Counted from the first letter of the stretch, positions 1 through 6,548 are shown. The stretch: DNA of 6,755 nt from an uncultured archaeon (GCA_964565725.1 CAZMGA010000008.1:1686-8440); one strand, 5' to 3'. Made by a program: numbers and translations. Notes: generated from the letters alone by a model not told the origin.

Positions 1-592
1 TTGGTCTATCAGAACTTTTTTGTGATCCCACAAAAACAATAGGTATATTTATTTTTTCTATCATAAAGGATATTGCACTAGAAGTATAATGTAGAGTATC
101 TGTACCCATAGCAACTATTATTGCATCATATTTTTTGTTTACTTCTTTTATTTTATTTGCTAATAATACCCAATCGTCATATTCTATATTTTCACTAAAT
201 TTATTACTTAATGTAATAGTATCTATATTTGCTAATTCTTTTAATTCCGGAATTGCTAATAATAAATCTTCAGATGTAAATTGAGAAGAAACACCTCCAA
301 ATTCATAATCTACCTTTGAAGCAATAGTTCCTCCTAAACTAATTAAACATACACTTTTATCTTTATTCATTTTTATTTCACTAATTTTATTTTCTTTTGG
401 TTTTAATTTTACATCGGCAATAATTTTTATTGATTCTATATTATCTTTTTTTAAAGCAATATTATAACCCATATCTAACTTTAAAACTATTAAGTCTGGA
501 TTAGTATTTTTTAATACTATACCCTTTATTTCACCATTAAATACATTACCTTTACCTTTTATCAAAACTTCTTTATTATAATAGTCTTCCAA
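1..592 (-). CDS. gatD: Glutamyl-tRNA(Gln) amidotransferase subunit D (archaeal GatD), N-terminal part; gene runs off the left edge
   Basis: Manual reverse translation gives ...EDYYNKEVLIKGKGNVFNGEIKGIVLKNTNPDLIVLKLDMGYNIALKKDNIESIKIIADVKLKPKENKISEIKMNKDKSVCLISLGGTIASKVDYEFGGVSSQFTSEDLLLAIPELKELANIDTITLSNKFSENIEYDDWVLLANKIKEVNKKYDAIIVAMGTDTLHYTSSAISFMIEKINIPIVFVGSQKSSDRP. This matches the GatD beta-barrel N-domain (KLxxGYNI) and asparaginase-like motifs (GGTIASKVDY, GTDTxHYTSxAxSFM, GxQRSSDRP-like). No in-frame ATG before the upstream stop; TTG at 592-590 is preceded by GGTGAT. Confidence 0.93.
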   Translation of the reverse strand, partial: MEDYYNKEVLIKGKGNVFNGEIKGIVLKNTNPDLIVLKLDMGYNIALKKDNIESIKIIADVKLKPKENKISEIKMNKDKSVCLISLGGTIASKVDYEFGGVSSQFTSEDLLLAIPELKELANIDTITLSNKFSENIEYDDWVLLANKIKEVNKKYDAIIVAMGTDTLHYTSSAISFMIEKINIPIVFVGSQKSSDRP

Positions 593-595
593 ATT

Positions 596-601
596 ATCAC
601 C
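596..601 (-). promoter_or_regulatory. Shine-Dalgarno GGTGAT upstream of the gatD TTG start
   Basis: Minus-strand sequence GGTGAT-AAT-TTG; complementary to the archaeal 16S 3' end (GATCACCTCC), with the same spacing class as other starts in this window. Confidence 0.65.
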
Positions 602-619
602 ATAATATAAAATAAATAA

Positions 620-631
620 ATATATTTATAA
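620..631 (+). promoter_or_regulatory. Candidate archaeal TATA box for the DUF357-led cluster, implying a leaderless or near-leaderless transcript
   Basis: atatatttata lies about 25-35 nt upstream of ATG 655 and no GTGAT/GGTGA motif precedes this ATG. The divergent gatD promoter must lie in the same ~62-bp intergenic region. Confidence 0.45.
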
Positions 632-654
632 TCATTACATCTTTATATATAAAT

Positions 655-939
655 ATGGATTTAGTCGATAGGTGCGAAAAATATGAACAATTAACAAAAA
701 AAGCTTTAGAAAAGTCTAAAATTTGTGTTTCTAAAGATAGTGCATTATTTTTTATTGCTAAAGATTTTATAGATATGGCTAATCGTTATTATTCTGATGG
801 TTGCCATTATAAAAATGAAAAACAATACGATATTGCTTTGGCGAGTTTTTCTTATTCTCATGCTTGGTTAGATTGTTGTGCAAGATTAGGATTAACTGAT
901 GTTGACTATGATACTCAATTATTTACATTATACAAGTGA
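655..939 (+). CDS. DUF357-like archaeal helical protein (94 aa)
   Basis: MDLVDRCEKYEQLTKKALEKSKI...FIDMANRYYSDGCHYKNEKQYDIALASFSYSHAWLDCCARLGLTDV..LFTL matches the DUF357 pattern (mAxxYxxDaxxFxxxGdyxxAfaxxxYAhGWLDaxaRLGl) from memory. Confidence 0.8.
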   Translation: MDLVDRCEKYEQLTKKALEKSKICVSKDSALFFIAKDFIDMANRYYSDGCHYKNEKQYDIALASFSYSHAWLDCCARLGLTDVDYDTQLFTLYK

Positions 940-940
940 T
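936..940 (+). promoter_or_regulatory. Shine-Dalgarno GTGAT overlapping the TGA stop of the upstream gene
   Basis: GTGAT-attt-ATG(945); the TGA at 937-939 ends the DUF357-like ORF. Confidence 0.6.
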
Positions 941-944
941 ATTT

Positions 945-3248
945 ATGAATTTTAATTTTAAATATATTTTTTTAGGTCTTTTTTGCTTATTGTTAATTTC
1001 AAGTGTATTTTGTGTTAAATCAGAAGGTACAATAAGATTATTAGCAGTAACTACTGATGGAAAAGGCACAGATGCTAATTTACATATAAAAATTGTTGAA
1101 GGTAATGGTAAGATTTGGTCTGGATTAAGTTCATTAGTTGGCACAAGTACACAAAGTACTGAAAAAACAGCAATTGATTTATTAGAACAATATGATTACA
1201 ATATTAAAAAATATGATTTTATGTTTGATATTCAAAGTCAAGCAAGTGTTGTTGATGGACCTAGTGCTGGTTTGCCTACTGCCTTATTATTAATAAACAT
1301 GATGAAAAATAAAATAGTTCCTAATTATGTTTCAGGTACTGGAACAATATCTACTGGAGGACAAATAGGTAAAGTTGGAGGCATATATGAAAAAACAAAA
1401 TATGCTGCAGAAACAGGTATAAAAATATTTTTTGTACCTAAATCAGAATTAGAAGTTGTAATTAATGAAGATAATAATGTAAAAAAAGTTAATTTAAGTC
1501 AATACGCTTATGAAAAATATAATATAAAAGTTGTAGGTGTAGAAACAATAAAAGAAGTTTTAGAATATGATTTATCTAATGTAGAAAATATAAAAATTGC
1601 AAAAGTAGATTCTTATGAAACCCTTATTTATAATCCTCCAATAACAAATTATGAAAAAGATTTAAATCAATTCAAAAATTATATTAATGAATATTATGAA
1701 GAAACAGAACAAAATTACAAGTATATAGAAAATGCAATAACTCAAACAAATATAAAAGATAATGATTTATTGACTGAAATGTATTCTTTGTATACAGATG
1801 CTGGAAAATATATGGATGCTGGAAAATCAGCAAATGAAAAAAATTATTTATATTCTGCAGCAAATAACTTTTTTATAGCTAATATTTCTTTAAATTTAAT
1901 TAGAGATATTTTAGATCATGATGATATATTAAAGAGTAGTACAAAAATAGATAGTTTAACTAAAGATCTAAAAAGTAAATATATTTTTGATTTTGATGGA
2001 GTTCCTTGTAAAGATTATGAATGGTATATTGGTTCACAAGAAAGATATCTTTGGGCTCAAGATAATATTACTAAAATATTAACTACCCCTGGAAATGATT
2101 TATCCACTAATTTAACTAAATTACAAAATTATGAAGAAGCTAAAGAATGGTTAAAAATATCTTTAGTTTTCAAAAGTTATGTAAAAAATAATGATTGTTA
2201 TATTGATGAAAACAAATATTATTCTAGCGCAGTTCAAATGTTAGATGAATTAAAAAAAGGAGAAACAATTATTCAAAAATATGGATTATATGAAAGTTTA
2301 AAATGGATAAATGGTAGTAAAAATGCTAACAATTTAAATTGGCAATTAACATCTATTTTTGAAGGGGCTATAGGTTTAGCAATATTAAATACCTATTTAG
2401 AATTAAAAGATGAAAATCTAAATACAATTAAAGAGTCAACAACTACACTTTTAAATAATGTTGATGATGATGATTCCATATGGTCTAATTTGTATTTACA
2501 ACATGCAAATTATTTATTTAATGAAGCTCAATTTTTAGAAAAAAATAATGAATTAGAAAATGCAAAAACATCTTATAAAAGTTCATATCAATTAGCTTTG
2601 TTTGCAAAGAATATATCCCAAGTTGTGAAAGATATTGAAAAAAATAAAAGTTCTACTATGTATAAAAGTTATAGTAAAAATACAAAAGGACTAATTAACA
2701 TTACTAATTCAAATTTATATCAAAGATTAATAATTTTGTTTTTAATCATAATAATTATATTATTTGTAATTATTTTTGTAGTCCATAAAAAATATAAAAG
2801 TACAAGAAATGATTTAGATAAATATTCTGATTATATAGATGTAAGAATAAATAAATTAAAAAATATGATTATTCAAATAAATAAAGATTATAAAAATGAT
2901 TCTATTGAAGAAGCAGTATACAAAGACTTCACAAAAAAATGTAATGATGAATTATCTTTCTTATTTGATGAAAAAAAACAAGTAAAATCCAAAAATATAG
3001 AATTGAGAGGATTAAATAAATTATATTCAAATAAACAAAAGCAATTAGAATATATAAAAAAAGAGTATAACAAAAATAATATTTCTCATAAAGAATATAT
3101 GAAAAATATAACTAGTTTAGATAATGAAATATTAAATTTAAGAAAAGAAATAAATAGTGGGTTATTATCTATGTCTGATTATATTTTAGAAAACAGTTCT
3201 AAATTTAAATATAGTTTTAAAAAACCAAAAATTAAATATAAGTTGTGA
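945..3248 (+). CDS. Secreted/membrane-anchored Lon-like (S16 fold) serine protease, COG1750-like, with extracytoplasmic helical region, one TM helix and cytoplasmic coiled-coil tail
   Basis: N-terminal hydrophobic signal (FKYIFLGLFCLLLISSVFC), DGPSAGLPTAL catalytic Ser, and GGQIGKVGGIYEKTKYAAETGIKIFFVPKSE catalytic Lys. Ser-Lys spacing is 43 residues, as in E. coli Lon S679/K722. TM helix LIILFLIIIIILFVIIFVV (nt 2727-2783), then a lysine-rich coiled-coil tail. No Walker A/B motif or AAA+ region seen. The ORF track starts at GTG 936; ATG 945 preceded by GTGAT is preferred. Confidence 0.88.
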   Translation: MNFNFKYIFLGLFCLLLISSVFCVKSEGTIRLLAVTTDGKGTDANLHIKIVEGNGKIWSGLSSLVGTSTQSTEKTAIDLLEQYDYNIKKYDFMFDIQSQASVVDGPSAGLPTALLLINMMKNKIVPNYVSGTGTISTGGQIGKVGGIYEKTKYAAETGIKIFFVPKSELEVVINEDNNVKKVNLSQYAYEKYNIKVVGVETIKEVLEYDLSNVENIKIAKVDSYETLIYNPPITNYEKDLNQFKNYINEYYEETEQNYKYIENAITQTNIKDNDLLTEMYSLYTDAGKYMDAGKSANEKNYLYSAANNFFIANISLNLIRDILDHDDILKSSTKIDSLTKDLKSKYIFDFDGVPCKDYEWYIGSQERYLWAQDNITKILTTPGNDLSTNLTKLQNYEEAKEWLKISLVFKSYVKNNDCYIDENKYYSSAVQMLDELKKGETIIQKYGLYESLKWINGSKNANNLNWQLTSIFEGAIGLAILNTYLELKDENLNTIKESTTTLLNNVDDDDSIWSNLYLQHANYLFNEAQFLEKNNELENAKTSYKSSYQLALFAKNISQVVKDIEKNKSSTMYKSYSKNTKGLINITNSNLYQRLIILFLIIIIILFVIIFVVHKKYKSTRNDLDKYSDYIDVRINKLKNMIIQINKDYKNDSIEEAVYKDFTKKCNDELSFLFDEKKQVKSKNIELRGLNKLYSNKQKQLEYIKKEYNKNNISHKEYMKNITSLDNEILNLRKEINSGLLSMSDYILENSSKFKYSFKKPKIKYKL

Positions 3249-3249
3249 T
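3245..3249 (+). promoter_or_regulatory. Shine-Dalgarno GTGAT overlapping the TGA stop of the protease gene
   Basis: GTGAT-gtat-ATG(3254), with TGA at 3246-3248 ending the protease; same geometry as the 936-947 junction. Confidence 0.6.
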
Positions 3250-3253
3250 GTAT

Positions 3254-3838
3254 ATGAAAGAAAATATTTATGTTAATAAAATTAGTGATACAAAATATGA
3301 AATTATTACTAAAGATATTAAAATTGAACCAGGAGTTTTTACATTATATAATGTTGATTGGAATTTATTTGTTTTAAGAAAGAAATACACGGCTTATAAT
3401 AAAGATTCTAAAAAAGAAGATAAAGATAGCAAAGAAGAATTAATAGAAATTAAAGAAAATGACAACAAAGAGGATGAAAAAAAAGAATGGATTAAAAGAG
3501 CATTAGAATTAAAATCTCAATTAATTGAAAGGGGTTTTATGAGTATTGTAAATATAGAAGATGTTAGAAAAATTTCTTATGTTACTAGAGATGAAATAAA
3601 TCAAAATGAAATTTTAGGCATTAGAGGTTTTGATGGCAATTATTATATTTTCAAAAGGGATGTATTTGAAGATTTAAAAAATAAACTCTTTTTAGTATTG
3701 AAGAATGTAAATACAACATTATCAGAATTATTAGAAAAAACAGATATTGATGCTACAAAAATAAAAGGCGTATTAGAAATATTAAAAGATCAAAGTGAAG
3801 TAATAGAAGTAAGTAAAGATGTATTTAGAAGGGTTTAA
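3254..3838 (+). CDS. Uncharacterised protein (194 aa from ATG 3254) with charged central linker and possible C-terminal winged-helix-like domain
   Basis: Long ORF overlapping/abutting the protease gene. Lys/Glu/Asp-rich linker (DSKKEDKDSKEELIEIKENDNKEDEKKE) and C-terminus YIFKRDVFEDLKNKLFLVLKNVNTTLSELLEKTDIDATKIKGVLEILKDQSEVIEVSKDVFRRV. No family recognised with certainty. Confidence 0.8.
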   Translation: MKENIYVNKISDTKYEIITKDIKIEPGVFTLYNVDWNLFVLRKKYTAYNKDSKKEDKDSKEELIEIKENDNKEDEKKEWIKRALELKSQLIERGFMSIVNIEDVRKISYVTRDEINQNEILGIRGFDGNYYIFKRDVFEDLKNKLFLVLKNVNTTLSELLEKTDIDATKIKGVLEILKDQSEVIEVSKDVFRRV

Positions 3839-3839
3839 G

Positions 3840-4538
3840 ATGAACCTTGTGTTAAATATACCTAAAGATAAATTTAATATTTTAAAGATAATTTATCAAA
3901 ATAATTTATTTGAAAACAAAAATATAAATGTAGAATTAATTATTAAAAAAAATAATATTACTATTACATTATATAAAACAGGTAAATTAGTAATTCAAGG
4001 TAATTTAGAAAACGAATTAGAATTTGAAAAGCAATTTATATTAAACAATATATTTACTAATTCTAAAAATTATATTTTAGGTTTTGATGAAACAGGTAGA
4101 TCTGAATTAATTGGACCTTTTGTAATATCTGGAGTTTTTGGAGAAAACAAAAATTTAATTACATTAAGAGATAGTAAAAAAACAACAAATATTCAAAAAG
4201 CAAAAGAGGAAGTAGATAAATATAGTTTAGGTTATTGTTCTTTAGTATTAAATCCTAATTTTATAGATTTATTAAGAACTAATAATTTAAGTTTAAATGA
4301 TATTGAACAAAAATTTATATTAAAAGTTTATGAATTATTTAAAGAATATAATTTAGATTTTGAAGGTATTATTGACGGCCAAGAATTAAATTCTAAAAAA
4401 ATACCTTTAAAGCATATAATAAAGGCTGATGATTTAGTTCCTATAGTAAGTTCGGCGAGTATAATTTCTAAATATATAAGAGATGATTCAAAAAATAAAA
4501 ACGAAAGAAAAACATGGAATATTAAATTAAAGCAGTAA
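3840..4538 (+). CDS. Ribonuclease H2-type protein: RNase HIII-like (TBP-like) N-terminal domain plus RNase HII-like catalytic core, shortened C-terminal region
   Basis: N-domain motif NITITLYKTGKLVIQG resembles the RNase HIII substrate-binding domain (CTITLYxSGKVMFQG). Core motifs: GFDETGRSELIGPFVISGV, RDSKK, IIDG, and HIIKADDLVPIVSSASIISKYIRDD (cf. HKADxxYPVVSAASILAKVxRD). Start moved from 3819 to ATG 3840, directly after the upstream stop (3836-3838). Confidence 0.85.
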   Translation: MNLVLNIPKDKFNILKIIYQNNLFENKNINVELIIKKNNITITLYKTGKLVIQGNLENELEFEKQFILNNIFTNSKNYILGFDETGRSELIGPFVISGVFGENKNLITLRDSKKTTNIQKAKEEVDKYSLGYCSLVLNPNFIDLLRTNNLSLNDIEQKFILKVYELFKEYNLDFEGIIDGQELNSKKIPLKHIIKADDLVPIVSSASIISKYIRDDSKNKNERKTWNIKLKQ

Positions 4539-5607
4539 TTATTAAATATAAAGCAATTATTAATAAAATAATTCCACTAATTAAATGTAAAGTTTTAATA
4601 TTATTTTCTCTTAATCTTTGTAAAGTTTCTAATTTCACAAAACCAAAATAAATTACAAACACTATTATTAACATTGGTAATATAAAGATTAAATTATAAA
4701 ATAATAACCATAATATAATTTTATTTATTGTTAAATTATGTAATAAACCTGAAACTAAAACATAAGGTCCAGCAGTACAAGGTGTTAAAAAAAATGCAAC
4801 TATAAAAGCAATTAAAATCACAGACCATATACTTGTAGCGCTTTCTATAATCTTTTTCATTAATGGTCGCCAACTTCTAGGCACTTCCATTACAAAATTT
4901 CCAGCACCATAAAAAATAGCATCTTTTAAATTAAATAATGCTAAAATTAAAGCTAATATACCTATTATTAAATAAATTATATTAGTGCTTATGAAATTAT
5001 TAATAAATTTCATACCAAAAATTAAAGCTAAACCTAAACCTAAATAAACTACAAATATAGTAATTATAAAAGCTAAACCATGAGTAATAACTGCTTTTTT
5101 ATTTCCTTTAACTAAAATTGTAGCTAATAAAATCATTAAAACAGCAACTTCACAAGGATTTATAGAATCAGCTAAAGCTAAACCTAAAACAGTTAAAAAA
5201 TTAACTTCTTTTTCTTTATTTTTTTCACCATATAAAATACATTTATTTTCATTACAAACATTAATTTCATTTGTAATATTTTTTATAATAGTAGTATCTC
5301 CTTGATAAATTTTATTATTAATAATAACTGTTGGAACCCCATAACTGTTTGAATTAAAATCTTGAATTACTTTGACAAATAGTTCTACATTTTCTTTATT
5401 ATCTAAATTTACTTTAATTACATTAAAATCATAATCATTTTCAATAGATTTTAAAAATTCTTCAACATTATGACAATGAGGGCAAGAAGTACTATAAAAA
5501 AAATAAAAAGGAGCTTTATAGTTAGTATTAAGATTTTCAGCATAGCCCATATTTAATAAATTTATAGCTATAAAAAATCCAAATAATAACAAAAAAAACT
5601 TATTCAT
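4522..5607 (-). CDS. Exported thioredoxin/glutaredoxin-like domain fused to CcdA/DsbD-like multi-spanning membrane domain
   Basis: N-terminal hydrophobic segment, YFFYSTSCPHCHNVEEFL (CPHC, Cys codons at 5484-5482 and 5475-5473), cis-Pro-like YGVPTVIINNKIYQGD, then several TM segments with paired Cys motifs LADSINPCEVAVLMILL and FFLTPCTAGPYVLVSGLL. Confidence 0.87.
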   Translation of the reverse strand: MNKFFLLLFGFFIAINLLNMGYAENLNTNYKAPFYFFYSTSCPHCHNVEEFLKSIENDYDFNVIKVNLDNKENVELFVKVIQDFNSNSYGVPTVIINNKIYQGDTTIIKNITNEINVCNENKCILYGEKNKEKEVNFLTVLGLALADSINPCEVAVLMILLATILVKGNKKAVITHGLAFIITIFVVYLGLGLALIFGMKFINNFISTNIIYLIIGILALILALFNLKDAIFYGAGNFVMEVPRSWRPLMKKIIESATSIWSVILIAFIVAFFLTPCTAGPYVLVSGLLHNLTINKIILWLLFYNLIFILPMLIIVFVIYFGFVKLETLQRLRENNIKTLHLISGIILLIIALYLIITALI

Positions 5608-5615
5608 ATTATCCC

Positions 5616-6506
5616 TTAATATAATTCAAGATATTTTTCTTTAAATCTTTTTACTAATTCTGTATTATAAGGTGTAGGTATATTCATTTTTCTACCTAAT
5701 TCTATAATAAAACCATTTAAAAAATAAATTTCGGTTCTTTTATTTTGTTTTACATCTTGATAAGTACTAGAATAATGATCCATTGATTTTAAAGCCAAAA
5801 ATGAATTCCATAATGATCTTTTTGAGTGCATAGGTATAATTTCAGATAACAAATCATATGTTTCATCAAACAAATTTTGCATTGTTTTTAATATTTCTTT
5901 ATCTTTAAATAATTCATTAAAAGGTTTTTGTTCTATAGCACAAATAGCATTTAATGCACAATTATATACTGTTTTTTCTGCTCTTTTAATATCAATATCG
6001 TCAGTTAATTGAGCATTAATATCACTAGATTTTAATAAATTATAAACATCTTTACTTAATACATCTTCATCCAAAAACCAACCTGATGCTTTAGATAAAT
6101 GTAATTTATTACCTTCTAAATTAAATCCTTCTATTACCGAAACTACTACAAATGGTGTATTTCTTATTATGTTTATATACCAACTATTATCAATATAAGT
6201 ATTTTGAATTAAAACTATTAAATCAACTTTAACACCAGAATTAGAAATTAATTCTAAATTTTTTTTTAAATCATAATATTTTGAAGTAACAAATACATAA
6301 TCATATTTTTTATTATAATCAATTTCGTCATATACTTTTGGAAAATTATATTTTTCACCATCAATATATAAAGTATTACCTATATTTTTAGCTTTACTTC
6401 TTCCAATTACATCTACATCGTGGCCTTTAGCAAATAATTTTGCAGCCAAATAAGAACCAATTGATCCTGCTCCATAAACTAAAATACTCTTTTTTTGACC
6501 TATCAT
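5616..6506 (-). CDS. panE: 2-dehydropantoate 2-reductase (ketopantoate reductase, PanE/ApbA family)
   Basis: ILVYGAGSIGSYLAAKLFAKGHDVDVIGR Rossmann motif; C-terminal NKRTEIYFLNGFIIELGRKMNIPTPYNTELVKRFKEKY is the family signature (xTEIDxxNGxIVxxGxxxGIPTPxN). The ORF track starts at 6545; ATG 6506 fits the start of the Rossmann domain and is preceded by GTGAT-aaat. Confidence 0.88.
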   Translation of the reverse strand: MIGQKKSILVYGAGSIGSYLAAKLFAKGHDVDVIGRSKAKNIGNTLYIDGEKYNFPKVYDEIDYNKKYDYVFVTSKYYDLKKNLELISNSGVKVDLIVLIQNTYIDNSWYINIIRNTPFVVVSVIEGFNLEGNKLHLSKASGWFLDEDVLSKDVYNLLKSSDINAQLTDDIDIKRAEKTVYNCALNAICAIEQKPFNELFKDKEILKTMQNLFDETYDLLSEIIPMHSKRSLWNSFLALKSMDHYSSTYQDVKQNKRTEIYFLNGFIIELGRKMNIPTPYNTELVKRFKEKYLELY

Positions 6507-6548
6507 ATTTATCACATATAAACAATTAGAATAAAATAACATCAAAAA

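Noticed and set aside
593-654. Short AT-rich near-palindromic intergenic sequence as a CRISPR repeat or small RNA
   Set aside because: Only ~62 bp, no repeated unit or stable GC-containing stem; best explained as divergent promoters with TATA-like elements.
923-1144. 73-aa minus-strand ORF from the track
   Set aside because: Lies antisense to the signal peptide and N-terminus of the protease gene, has no recognisable domain, and is readily explained as a by-product of the well-supported plus-strand coding frame.
2741-2783. Low-complexity AT-rich stretch (aatcataataattatattatttgtaatta) as a possible repeat or regulatory element
   Set aside because: Explained by codons for an Ile/Phe/Val-rich transmembrane helix in an AT-rich genome.
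2888-3073. 61-aa minus-strand ORF from the track
   Set aside because: Antisense to the coiled-coil tail; Phe/Ser-rich composition is what the complement of Lys/Glu-rich coding produces. No start signal or homology.
3819-3839. Upstream start for the RNase H gene (MYLEGFK extension)
   Set aside because: Would overlap the preceding coding region by ~20 nt; ATG 3840 directly after the upstream stop matches the expected N-terminus.
6507-6545. N-terminal extension of the ketopantoate reductase (MMLFYSNCLYVIN)
   Set aside because: The Rossmann domain normally begins within a few residues of the start; ATG 6506 has GTGAT four bases upstream, and the extension overlaps the likely promoter/leader region.
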